A DNA stretch of 64,000 bases from Wickerhamiella versatilis. Lineage: Eukaryota. Position 1 is the first letter of the stretch. The number at the start of each line of letters is the position of its first letter. The DNA is taken from the NCBI GenBank assembly GCA_030867685.1, contig JAQOWU010000007.1:2356001-2420000 (forward strand), written 5' to 3'. Position numbers and translations under genes: made by a program. Shown in pieces: positions 42,815 to 53,763 of this stretch. The notes beneath the pieces are model-generated. The model worked only from the letters and a program-made list of their open reading frames with translations, was not told the origin of the DNA and did no database searches.

Positions 42815-43564
42815 TCAAGCCATGTATGTGTAAACTTTAACCTCATCGGACGCTATTGATGTGGAAACTGGAAGAACTTTACATGTCATTCCTTCATGAC
42901 AGGGAGAAGCATGCGCTGTATTCATGGATACTGATGAGACTTGTGTATATTCGGGCACTCCAATTGCCGCCTCCGTAGTGGATTCTGGTGCTGCAGTTGG
43001 AGATGATTCTGGGATAGCCTCTTCACTGGTGTCGACTGACTCACCCGTATCCTGCGCTGACAGGACGTTCAACTGTGACACTGTCGCTGTTTCAGTAAAG
43101 CCCGGATTTACATCTTGGGGTATGCTCATACCAGAATATATCTCCTGAGATGTGGTTAGACCAGTTTTGGTCAATCCGGGTATTGTAGATCCCGGGAAAT
43201 TAGACACATACGTAAGAAAACTCGAAAGGGTTTCTACTGCATATGGCGCATTTTGGTCCGAAACCCCTTGACCCATATCACTTTCTGCATGAAGAGCTTC
43301 AGAGCTTGGAAAAGAGGTTTCTCTAATGTTAGTGTAGGTTAGAGTATGAGTCCAACCCGGAAGTGTCGCCCCAGGTATTTGCGCACCCCCAAGTGTTGCA
43401 CCATTAATGGTATACCCATTTAGTGTCGCACCTGGAATGGTATATCCTGGTGTACTTTCCTTCCATGAAATGTAGCCCAGAGTTATAACTTGGGCCTCTT
43501 CAGGAGCGGCATCAATAGCTTGCAGCACAAAGACAACTGCGTAGATCGGGAACGAGAAGAACAT
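42815..43564 (-). CDS. Putative secreted Ser/Thr-rich protein with xG(Y/A/W)T(I/L) pentapeptide repeats
   Basis: Signal-like N-terminus; PGYTI-PGATL-NGYTI-NGATL-GGAQI-PGATL-PGWT. Confidence 0.7.
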   Translation of the reverse strand: MFFSFPIYAVVFVLQAIDAAPEEAQVITLGYISWKESTPGYTIPGATLNGYTINGATLGGAQIPGATLPGWTHTLTYTNIRETSFPSSEALHAESDMGQGVSDQNAPYAVETLSSFLTYVSNFPGSTIPGLTKTGLTTSQEIYSGMSIPQDVNPGFTETATVSQLNVLSAQDTGESVDTSEEAIPESSPTAAPESTTEAAIGVPEYTQVSSVSMNTAHASPCHEGMTCKVLPVSTSIASDEVKVYTYMA

Positions 43565-44609
43565 TTCCAAATTTGTGGACGAATCCCAAGACTATATAGC
43601 CTCGTTAATTCAAGCCCGCATAAAGATCTTCAGCCAGGCGCCGCCAACCTAAATCTTAAATTAAGGTAAATCAAACATTGCAAATAGTCGAAATATTATT
43701 CAGAGTAAACGAATGAATAATCGTAACGTTTGCACTTAAAGGAAGCAGTCGTGGGGTTAAAGAAATTAGCATATACCAATGCTACGCTTTAAAACCAAAG
43801 TGTTCCTAAGTACATAAATATTATGTAAGGTATTACTTCATTGATAATTCCTCAAATTGCGTCGAGCGCCGTGGAATAATACGTTATATTATCAGCAGAG
43901 GCTCGCCAAATCATAATTTGCATAAAATGGTATTTGAAGTTCCAAAGTAGAGAAGATGTAGATTGGTGTAAGAATTTGCTGTGTGAACATCGCGCGCAGG
44001 ATCATTTCAACGTCTGGAGAAATCACTTGTCCTGGCCACCCAATTTCCATACTTCTTACCTTTGAAACACGCACGAGACGTTTGCATCCCCCATTTACGG
44101 AAACGGTGTGATGTCTCACTCACAAATACCAGTAACTTGGTTCCACCACCTGACAGCTATCAACCATTGTTACTTCGACGGAACACACGGTAGTCTACTA
44201 TTCATTACAATTGCGTCATCCATGCTGTTTAACCTAGGGGATGAGACCACAAATAGAGTCTTTCAGACATTCTGGAAGGGTATATCCTAACTTCGATTTT
44301 TTGGTCCTGGTGGTGAATATGTGGGGGGAAACAAATAAGAATTTTATATCTTTTCATGATCAAAGAATACTGAATGAACACCCATGTCTTGCTTACGATA
44401 GACAGGGGAGCAAATTACAATGTCATAGTACTATTTTACGTGTCGCTCATGACTTGGTTGAATTGAGATGTTAAGCAACACCATTTTGAATCCTTTAAGA
44501 AATCAGACAAGAAAGCAACGCAGAGAGAAATTGCAGCTGTTTAAATCATTATATAAATAAATTATAAATCTTTTGTGGTAGTGGAGTAACTACCATAATG
44601 AGGTAATGC

Positions 44610-46160
44610 TTATGCTTTGAAGATCTTAACTTCTTTTCCACTTTTTTCATCATCATCGTCTTGCTGATTCGAATAAGATCCAACAGGAGATAGGCTAGAT
44701 GGTATATCCCTTCTCCACATATCAATAATAGTGAGTAATACAGCAAGAATAAAAGCAGCGCCCGCAAGAGCAACACTGAAGTACATGGCGGCGCGCCAAC
44801 TTCGAAGTTTATCATCTGGCCAAAGCTTTCCACATTCATTCTCAATAGTTGTAGCGAGACCAAGAAAGAAAGAGTTCGAGTAATTAACCACAGTATTTAT
44901 TAATGAGCCTGCCATACCTTGGCATTCATGTGGGAGATTTTCACTCAAAATAATAGCACCGGATGGAAAAGAAAGATCAGTTGAGGTGGTTGACAGAATC
45001 CAAGTGGGGAATGTCATGGCCCAGTATGTTTGATGAACAGGTGTGAATGTCTGCATGATACTAGCGCCCAGAAAGCATGCCATTGAAAGAAGTAACAGGA
45101 TATGTATTGGTACGTGACGAATAGCATATCCCACAGCAACAGCAGCCAGAGAGCCGAAAAACAAAGCATGAGCTTGTGATGCACCTGCTTCCAGCGGATT
45201 GTATCCTCGGAAATCCATGAGGAAGGTAAAGTAATGAAAATATAAGATTCCAAATGACCCCCATGCCAAGCTTTTAAGAGTGAGTATTAGAAGAATTCTC
45301 GGCGATCGCATCAGAGATGCAGGAATCAAGGGGAATTTGGGTATGTGGACCTCATACCAGACAAATATGGCTAGAAGTAATACTGACACCACTAGTAATG
45401 CAATAACATACGGGGTATTCCATCCCGCTACGGGCGCGTGGTTTACGGTAAAATCAAGAAGGACTAGTCCACTAATACATAGTCCACATCCAATCCAGTC
45501 GACAGATTTGACATGGTCCGATAATAGCGGAACATCGGGTACAGACCACCAGGTTAACAGCATGGCAATAATCATGGCGATCGCCGCCGCAAAATATGTC
45601 CAGCAAAAATATCTAGTTTCAACTGTAATAAGACCACTGAAGAGCGTGCCAGTAACACCACCCAATGGTGCACCCATGCCGATGAGCGAAAAAACCATAT
45701 TCTTTCGGTGAGTGCCAGGCTGATAGATTCTGCCTGCAATTCCCATGAGGTTAGGAAGAACAAACGCAATTCCCGAGCCTTGAAATGCACGGCAAAGAAT
45801 GTAGAATTTTATGTTTTTTGTGAAGTAAGACACACCAACTAATATGGTCCATATGGACGACCACAAATACCCGTACAATGCCGTCTTCTTGAGTCCAAAT
45901 ACATCACCAATTCTCCCACTCATTAGTATTAAAGAACCCGTACTTAAGGAAAAGCTTGCTTGGAACCAATTGCGCTCAAGAGGAGAAGCACCATAATGGT
46001 CGGTGATGGCGCTCAGCTGAACAAGGGGTGAAGTTGTGTTAGCTAATGTGAGCACCTGCGCTAAAAATCCTGATAATACAAAGACATATTCAAGCCAGGG
46101 GTTGGATGAAAAGTAGTCTGCATCGGTGAAACGTGTAGACATCCCCACTTTAGACACCAT
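44610..46160 (-). CDS. DHA2-family MFS drug/H+ antiporter (Atr1-like)
   Basis: SLILMSGRIGDVFG, RAFQG.G.AFVLPN, RKNMVF...G.GAP.G, DLSFP and QGMAGSL. Confidence 0.9.
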   Translation of the reverse strand: MVSKVGMSTRFTDADYFSSNPWLEYVFVLSGFLAQVLTLANTTSPLVQLSAITDHYGASPLERNWFQASFSLSTGSLILMSGRIGDVFGLKKTALYGYLWSSIWTILVGVSYFTKNIKFYILCRAFQGSGIAFVLPNLMGIAGRIYQPGTHRKNMVFSLIGMGAPLGGVTGTLFSGLITVETRYFCWTYFAAAIAMIIAMLLTWWSVPDVPLLSDHVKSVDWIGCGLCISGLVLLDFTVNHAPVAGWNTPYVIALLVVSVLLLAIFVWYEVHIPKFPLIPASLMRSPRILLILTLKSLAWGSFGILYFHYFTFLMDFRGYNPLEAGASQAHALFFGSLAAVAVGYAIRHVPIHILLLLSMACFLGASIMQTFTPVHQTYWAMTFPTWILSTTSTDLSFPSGAIILSENLPHECQGMAGSLINTVVNYSNSFFLGLATTIENECGKLWPDDKLRSWRAAMYFSVALAGAAFILAVLLTIIDMWRRDIPSSLSPVGSYSNQQDDDDEKSGKEVKIFKA

Positions 46161-47193
46161 AGCTCACTTTAAATTGGAATCCTGCAAGAAATCTTTTTTG
46201 GGTAATTACAAATTAATTTCCACTGGGTTAGGGCTTATTTGAAGACATTCATATCACTAAGATTTTATATAGTAGAAGGAGATATTTTAGTGTCAATGTG
46301 ACAGCAGATACATCCTTTAGCCCGCAAGAAATATCAATTGCGGGCACTGGGCCTCAACGTATCATTTCATATTATGTTAAGTTAAGATAACGACAGCTAG
46401 CGTCCTTTTCGCCGTGCGATAGTGCATAATGATAACCGAGCTTAAAGCGGTTTCTGTACCACTTTTTCGGCATAAAAGATTCAATACATAGCAATCAAAA
46501 ATTGCAATAACGAATGAGTTCCAAAAAAAGAGCAAGCTACTATTAGCCCCGTTTGATGAAATTATGACTCCAACCGATAACGAACCGCATCTCTCACAAC
46601 CGCCCGATCATTACGAAAAACATGGTAGTCACCCGAAAGTGACATGATTTATCTTAAAGGGAAGCATATCCAGCACCAGAAATTCCCAAGAGCAACAGAA
46701 TTTACATCTGCTCACTCCCAGTAAAGAAAGCTTAGGACAGTACTAAGTAACGTTTTTGTAAGTTACATCACTATGTTAAATTAAGCACACATACATGAAG
46801 AAGTTTCATTAAATTCACGATCGAAAATGTAAAAAGTATTATTTATATAGAAAGATAAGAAATGCCTGATTACGTGTATAATTTTGAGGCGAAGTTGATA
46901 AAAGTGGTGTTAGCACGAAGAAGGACATCAAATTTTGATTAAATTCCGATATTCAACAAGTTTACCAAACTTCATTAAGGAAACATTTCCAATGAGGTTA
47001 GGTTTCAATATTTCTTTCGGAGGAGGCGCGCTAAGCATGTCCATCAAAGTCCAAGTTTGACAGACCATGAATTTGTTTTTCAGCAGTGGAATTATTGACT
47101 GTGCTAGAGATGTCGCTAATCCGTATATGGGCTCCCAGCTCCTTTCTTGACCCGGATGCTGCGCCTCTTTGATTAATAATTGGCCGAATTCGG

Positions 47194-47562
47194 ATGTTTC
47201 GGACTGCTGCTAAAGCTCTGCCAACTAGGTCGTTTCACCAGAGTTCACGGCGGCTAATAAACCAACTGGCAAGTAAGGACGATTTTAAATCGGCTGTTGG
47301 GTCAGGCGTATCATTTGTCGACTTCTTTGCCACATGGTGTGGCCCGTGTCGTATGGTTGCTCCCCTACTTGAAAAGCTTGAGCCTGAGTATCCAGGAATC
47401 AAATTCCACAAAGTAGATATAGAGGAGGTTCCTGAGCTAGCAACTGAGTTTGAGGTCTCTGCTGTACCTACTTTTATTCTTTTCAAGGATGGCGAGCCAG
47501 CTAAGGTACTCAAGGGCGCGGTACCTGCCTATATCAAGCACACACTTGAACAGTACAAATAG
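47194..47562 (+). CDS. TRX3: Thioredoxin with mitochondrial-type presequence
   Basis: DFFATWCGPCR active site; Arg/Ser-rich leader MFRTAAKALPTRSFHQSSRRL. Confidence 0.9.
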   Translation: MFRTAAKALPTRSFHQSSRRLINQLASKDDFKSAVGSGVSFVDFFATWCGPCRMVAPLLEKLEPEYPGIKFHKVDIEEVPELATEFEVSAVPTFILFKDGEPAKVLKGAVPAYIKHTLEQYK

Positions 47563-48193
47563 ACTAGAAATTTGCATATAACTCATCGTATTTTTCGACA
47601 GTTTGCTACTACGACCACTCACAAGGTCTCCATCGTACCCGTCTCGCCTGTTGCGAATTCTGCAACGTAATATATCTACCACTGCTAACTAGAAATGAAA
47701 AAAAAACACGGTTGGCGTTATTTGCTATGCTACATATGTATTAACAGCAAATCTTTTAAACCGCTTTGTCTTATAACATGGATGAGCTAGGGTACACCTT
47801 AGTAACTTCCTTGTGCCTAACGCTTTAAAAAAGTGCGGGTACTCTGCGGCCACTAGTCAGTCATATCTTAGCGTAGTCCGAAATTGGAATCACGTCATAA
47901 TACATCTTTTGGTGGATTTTGAGAGAAAAAATTATCCAGGCTGCAACTGAGGCCACGATGAAATATTGCAGTCCCCTAAATCTTTTTCTTGAAAGGATTT
48001 TCAAAATTCGAGTCCGTGCTGGCTCATTTAGTACTAGCTTTAATAATTAATATTCTTTCTCACGCCTCTTAGATATGTATTTTCCTTAATTTTTGACTCT
48101 ATGCCCTTTGCCAGTCACCAGAAAAACTTTGAAAAAACAGCAAGTATAAAGTTTACGCCAGATGTGTGGTGAAGAAGTTCTCTACAGAGAAGC

Positions 48194-48222
48194 AGCCCTC
48201 TTCACTACCTGAGACTGGTTGG
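48194..48222 (-). repeat. Partial copy of the 41-bp repeat spanning the unit junction
   Basis: The minus strand reads CCAACCAGTCTCAGGTAGTGAAGAGGGCT (28/29), running from the end of one unit into the next. Confidence 0.9.
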
Positions 48223-48289
48223 CTAAGCGAACAATTTATAGTAGACGTTGAAAACTGGATAGCGGTATCCCGTGGCAGTTACTAGTTGG

Positions 48290-48320
48290 GACTGGTTGGA
48301 CAATGCAAGATAGCCCACTT
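48290..48320 (-). repeat. Partial copy of the 41-bp repeat
   Basis: GACTGGTTGGACAATGCAAGATAGCCCACTT, 31/31. Confidence 0.9.
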
Positions 48321-48620
48321 TGTAATCTATTCTGATCAATTATTCGTGACTAAATCTATCGCATTGTAATAGCAAGAGTAAAACGTAAGCTATTCGAGAG
48401 CAAAATACGTATCGGGCTAGGGTTATACATACTCATCATACGAACTTTGTCGAGTACTGTCAAAAAATGTATTGAATTTTAGTTACAGTTTGCTTCCAGG
48501 TTTTTAGTTGCGGATAGCAGCCATTAACCTCAAGAAAATTTGTTTTTTGCGTTTTTATGCCTCTATTACTAACTCTGTTTTCAACTATAAAAAGGATTTG
48601 CCTAATTACTAAACTTCAAT

Positions 48621-48878
48621 ATGAAATTCCTACCTTTGCTAAGTCCTGTGCTGTTTTTTACTTCGGGAGTTGCTAGCCAGTCTACCTCATGCGACGAAAT
48701 TAATGTCTTTATCGTCGGTGATATCACAAAATGTGGAAGCCAAGCTACGAAGACCATCTCGTCATTGGCCAGCACCCACACTTCAAATGCAACTAACCAC
48801 ACGTCCAACCAAGCAAACGCTTTGCAAAGTCATTTTAGTGGGGCTGTTCTACTTGGGGTACTTATGGGCTTCCTCTAG
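48621..48878 (+). CDS. Small secreted, probably GPI-anchored protein (85 aa)
   Basis: Signal peptide, two Cys, S/T/N-rich middle and hydrophobic C-terminus; TATA-like TATAAAA about 30 bp upstream. Confidence 0.65.
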   Translation: MKFLPLLSPVLFFTSGVASQSTSCDEINVFIVGDITKCGSQATKTISSLASTHTSNATNHTSNQANALQSHFSGAVLLGVLMGFL

Positions 48879-48960
48879 ACGTATCTCAAGTTCAGATCGA
48901 CAGTTCTTATCTCAGTATATAAGTTAGATCCGCTAAATTTAAACGGTAAATTCGATGTAA

Positions 48961-49725
48961 CTAACTAGACGAAATTTTGACGTCAGTCTCAGACCTAGAC
49001 TCAATTCGGCTGTATACCATTCCAGGATGAACTATACAAAGACAGAGCATCAGTAACACCATAAATGCCCCGTCAAAAACATATTCAAAAATAGCATGTC
49101 GGAAAATATATCCACCAACTCCTTGGCCATATTCAGCCACCCGGTACACGTACCGGACAAGGAGAAAGCACACAGAAATATATATCACAATGAAATACGA
49201 ATTCCAACTGTGGAATGCACGGTCTACTGGCCTCAGCCTGCGACGAAGCGTTTTATGCATTTTTATTACAAGGAAACAGAAGACTGAGAGAAAAAGGAGT
49301 TGAACAGTAAAACCAGAAATGACTAGTGCTTTTCCCAACGTCTTCCTGCTCATGGACCCCAGAACTATACCGGATATCTGCAGGCCTAGAGACGCAATAT
49401 CTCCAATAACAAATACTGTTGACTGTGTACAGCTTCGTGAAAATGATAAGATATCATGGTCGAGCTTTCTCAGAAGCTTACCAAAAGAGAGGTAAATCGA
49501 AGCAGCCAGAAAAATTGGAGCAATGATGACTTGCACGGATTGTGAACCATCACCAGCAGTTGTATCGGCATATCCACTTAATTCCAGTATACCACCTATC
49601 ACAAACCACAGGATAAGCCAGTTTCTTTTCAAGAACATCATAAGCAAGTGGTAGCCGCTTAATAGGCCAAATGCTACAGCGAAAAACGTTGAAGCACCTC
49701 GTGAACTGATAATACCATCCGACAT
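48961..49725 (-). CDS. RTA1/Rsb1-like membrane protein
   Basis: IAPIFLAASIY, FVIGDIASL.LQ..G, R..YRVAEY.QG and YVFDG..M. Confidence 0.88.
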   Translation of the reverse strand: MSDGIISSRGASTFFAVAFGLLSGYHLLMMFLKRNWLILWFVIGGILELSGYADTTAGDGSQSVQVIIAPIFLAASIYLSFGKLLRKLDHDILSFSRSCTQSTVFVIGDIASLGLQISGIVLGSMSRKTLGKALVISGFTVQLLFLSVFCFLVIKMHKTLRRRLRPVDRAFHSWNSYFIVIYISVCFLLVRYVYRVAEYGQGVGGYIFRHAIFEYVFDGAFMVLLMLCLCIVHPGMVYSRIESRSETDVKISSS

Positions 49726-50325
49726 CGTTCTTTGGGGTGTTGGTGTGTAGTGAAGTTATTTATACATGATTAGTACCCTTGTTTAGGGTTTTTGAAAGAG
49801 CTGTAGAATCTTGACATCAAGAGAATGTGAGTTGTGATACAACTGTAGAAAGGCTTTTTTTGTGCAGCCTCGACCCGAATTTCTATCCGATATTCTTCTC
49901 TCAAGACCCTTCTGTATCTTTTGGTCCTGTTCTAAATTTAGCTTATTTTTTCTCCTAGCGCTGAAGAAACGTCTCGTCGCCTTTGTTCTTAAAATTTTCA
50001 CCATAATAAGTTTTTAATTTATTTCTGGTTTCTATAAGCCTAGTATTAGAACATGGTATAGACGCAAAGCCTTCTAGAGTTGGGACTCCCCACCCACCAT
50101 AGTGGCTTGGCACAAGTTGTCAGCTGTGTATATAAAACCCCAACCCTCTGTTGTTAGAGAAGATATTATTTGCTGTGTAATTATCGGGTATCACGATTAG
50201 AAATATATAATCGGCTAGATGAAGCTCTGATTTTTTTTTACTCTTTTATGAGTGCTGGGTTTTCAGGCAGCATGGTTTATATTGTGTCCACATATACCGA
50301 ATTCCTAACCGTTGGATAAAAAAAT

Positions 50326-50413
50326 AGTGGGCTATCTTTATGCCTCGCTGGAAATTGTCTATCTAATTTCAAGACATAATTTGGCCCATGGCACATCTTG
50401 CATTGTCCAACCA
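50326..50413 (+). repeat. Copy of the 41-bp repeat split by a 56-bp insert with duplicated ATCTT
   Basis: AGTGGGCTATCTT at 50326-50338, then ATCTTGCATTGTCCAACCA at 50395-50413. Confidence 0.8.
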
Positions 50414-51692
50414 AGGTGGCAGATATGCGCGGCTTTCAATCGCCTTCTTCTCAACGTTCTTTTAATGCTATGGGTAAGGTTCCCAGTAATTAACAGATTA
50501 CAGATCACGTACCAGAAACTCGAATTTCGAGAAATGAACCTAGGTTTCAATGGAATAGCATTAGCTTTATGACAAACGAAAAATGAAGTAGTTGTCAGTC
50601 CTAAAAAGACTGAAAAGAGTCTTCTAGATATATAATTTCAGGTGAATGGCATGGTATAAAATCTAATACGATTAGAACACTATTTTGTCTTCTAGCTTCT
50701 TATCCTGATACCTAGAAACGCTCGTAGGTGTGATTATGGACGTGGTCCTATCCCACTTTAATTAGGACATAGAGCCATTCAAGAGTTACTAAATTTCAGA
50801 AGAGATACTTTATTATTTTCGGCCATTGCGGTAAACAGTGCCTATAGCAACCTTGTGTCATCGCAGTGTAGTAGTTCTTGGTTTCGCATAAGGTTCTCGT
50901 CACTTCCATACTATAGAAAGCTGTTGGGAGCTCATACCATCCTGAATCGGAATATGCAAACATACTATTCACACACGTGACTTACTTTTAACATCTATTC
51001 CGACCTGCCTTCATGCAAAGAGTGCGCGTTTTAACGAAGGAGGCGGTGACCTTGATGAGTCATCTATTCTTATTAAACTTGGTCTTGACTCCTGAGAAAC
51101 ATTTAAATCAAGGGGGTCAGACTCAACCAAAGCAAAGAGAAACTTTAAAGCTCTCGTGTTTTCGGAAGATTATATACTGAAAGGATGACCCCTGCTAAGC
51201 CCTTGGCTGCAGCAGACTACGAAGGCATCCTTATGTTGGAGCTTCCTCTAGTCTCGATAGTAATGTTTAAGTGTTTTATTCCGGTGAAAATAAAAGTAAA
51301 ACTATTGCGCAGTGATCTGTTAATACCAGTAGCATAAGTGATCACGACGACTATTTGAAGTAGCAGTAACAAAGGCTTTGAGGGGTATACAAAAGTTTTG
51401 AGACGCGACAGCTATGTACTCCTGGCACAGGAAGGTGCTCATCAAGTCGGCGTAGGTCAAGCTATCATACACATACCTTGAAACCAGTACCCCCTGTGAA
51501 GATTAGAAATTAGGTGCAACCCCTTACTCCCACCAACCACGTGCCAAGGCGATTTTTGCAAGCAGCTTGGTGGCCATCGAAATACTAGTTTAAGCAAATA
51601 AATAATAACAAACAATAAGGTTCCATTGATTTTCAAAAAACTACGTACAATGACCCACTATGTGTATGGTTGGTTCGTGATTGTACGTTCTG

Positions 51693-52439
51693 TTACATTG
51701 TCATCTTATTCTTTTTGAGCGTTCTTCGTGCCCGGCGCGACCACATACTCTCACATCCTGCTCGATTCCGGTAGCTGTCGACTGCATATTGAATCAAACC
51801 CTTTTTCTTCCGAATTTCTGGATTCAAGCTTGCGAGGCGCCATCCGAGCTCGTTGTACATCTTTTCGAAGTCTTGCCGTTTTCCCTTGTACTGCTGAGGG
51901 GGGAGCGTAGCTTTCGGATATATGCAATTCTCTTGCCGGAAAGTCGTCGTTAGCTCATTTGTATTGAGATCATCGATATTACAGCGGATTCTGTACTTAC
52001 GGGTGGCACCGGTATTCGGGTACGTTATCATGAAAAAAGAAGGAGTGATGGATGAAGAGGATGTGGTAGACGAAGAGAGATTTGGAGATAAATAATTAGT
52101 AGTAGCATTCTGCTCAAAATTTACGGAATTTGCATGTTGCACTTCAGGTAAAGTAGCCGCGGGGTTGACTGCAGGATCCAACCACATGGCGGGGCTTAAC
52201 TCAAACTTACCTTGGTCCTGAGACCAGTAGTCGTCAACGGCCAAGTCATTGTAGAGCTTAAAGTCGATGGACTCTTCGGGTGGAGTAGCCAGGGAACTGA
52301 ATCCAGGATGTAAGCAAACTTCGTCGCTTAGCTCAAATGTGCCGCTGTCATGGTATTTGAGATCCAGATTCCGCAAATCGAGGGGTATCCAAGAGTTGTG
52401 GTGGAGTAACAGTGTTCGTGTCGATGTAATCGAAGGCAT
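51693..52439 (-). CDS. Fungal Adn1/DUF8032-type domain protein, paralog 1 (possible transcriptional regulator)
   Basis: C-terminal Y.IRC.ID...F..ENCIYP.A......YKG.R..FE...N..GW.LA.LNP....KKGLIQ.AVDSYRN..SRR.RR. Family assignment is from recall. Confidence 0.75.
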   Translation of the reverse strand: MPSITSTRTLLLHHNSWIPLDLRNLDLKYHDSGTFELSDEVCLHPGFSSLATPPEESIDFKLYNDLAVDDYWSQDQGKFELSPAMWLDPAVNPAATLPEVQHANSVNFEQNATTNYLSPNLSSSTTSSSSITPSFFMITYPNTGATRKYRIRCNIDDLNTNELTTTFRQENCIYPKATLPPQQYKGKRQDFEKMYNELGWRLASLNPEIRKKKGLIQYAVDSYRNRAGCESMWSRRARRTLKKNKMTM

Positions 52440-53451
52440 CCGGTTTACCCATCATCCTCCAGTAATGGTAGTCTTGAGGCTCTCGCGCCCCTTTGAGAGC
52501 TTTGCTTGACACACGGTAAAGATTAGCAGAAGTCATCATTGTTGTGGAGATACACTCCAATGTGCGCGCCTATTTTATACTATAGCGTTGCTAAATTTAC
52601 CAAATCGAGATTAGCGTCTGACAGAATACCTAACCCATGTAGCGTCCTCGTCGGACACGTCGGCGAGCAGTTATCTGCTGCTCAAGGGAGTCATCTACAA
52701 GATATTATTCTTTATGGCCTCAATTGTATCAAGGTAATAAGTTATAGTGGCTCAAAAACTAGTTGAATTTGCTACCAGGTATCAGATACTATGCAAGGGC
52801 GGAACAGACCCATGAGTCGTGGCTAGGTTTCCTCTGATTGAGGCGGTAAGACAATCAGATCTAGGAGGCTGTGAGCAGGGGAATTCTGATCCTTAAAAAG
52901 CTATGAAGTTCTATTCATTCGCGCAACCTTTTGGCTTAGGTGTAAAAAAGAACTCACTTGAATTGTCCTAGCCTATAATGTCTGAAGAGATATCGGTAGG
53001 CTTAATTTCATCTAGAATGCTGACTAACTGAGTTGTTTTTCGAGGATAACGTCAAACGCATAACCTATTTGGTTACTTCAAGCGTTATAAAGAATCGTCT
53101 TCACAGGGAAGTTTATGGCGATTTCGTGCGGGAACATGAACATGGGTAGCTGTGATTCAGAATATTCGATTCTGGGTATAATGGCTACCTGATTCAGTAA
53201 TAATACTATCCGTAATTGTGATTTTGCATCCTACTAAGTCAAATACCGGCTTCAAAGCTTACATCCCTGGTAAAGACATTAAGAGTTCTATGATCTGCCG
53301 ATAGGTAACCCCTCTTTAGCAGATGACGTATCATAGAGTGATAGCAAGATATGTTCGGTAAAAATCAACAGCAGCACCATATAATGAGACGTATTGGAAC
53401 ATAAAAAGGGGTTTTACGGTCTGGCAGATGTTTTGCATCCTTTGCGCATCT

Positions 53452-53499
53452 TCCAACCAGTCACAGGTTGGTGAGGTGAGCTATCTTGCATTGTCCAAC
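53452..53499 (+). repeat. Copy of the 41-bp repeat longer than one unit (TCCAAC...TCCAAC)
   Basis: TCCAACCAGTCACAGGTTGGTGAGGTGAGCTATCTTGCATTGTCCAAC; period 42 here, with about 5 differences from consensus including one extra base. Confidence 0.88.
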
Positions 53500-53763
53500 T
53501 CACTCATGAAAAGGAAATCTCACTAACTCCAGAAATTTTCGTTACAGTATACTCTAACATCCAAAACTTATTGAAAAAAAATATATTATCCGTAAAGTAA
53601 ACTAATCTTATAAGCATACCCATGATTTCGCAAGACAGACTTCTCAGAGAAGTGCTGCAGCTTATCTATCACGGGCAGTCACATGTTGCTAAAATGCAAA
53701 TAATACTATAGCATGAAAGAATGACGTCTCTTGGACGAGTATGTGGGCTTGGTTGTGACTTTG

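Noticed and set aside
46225-46233. Isolated GGGTTAGGG/CCCTAACC motifs (also near 9329, 17697 and 54887) as telomeric tracts
   Set aside because: Single units, never tandem; at most general regulatory-factor sites.
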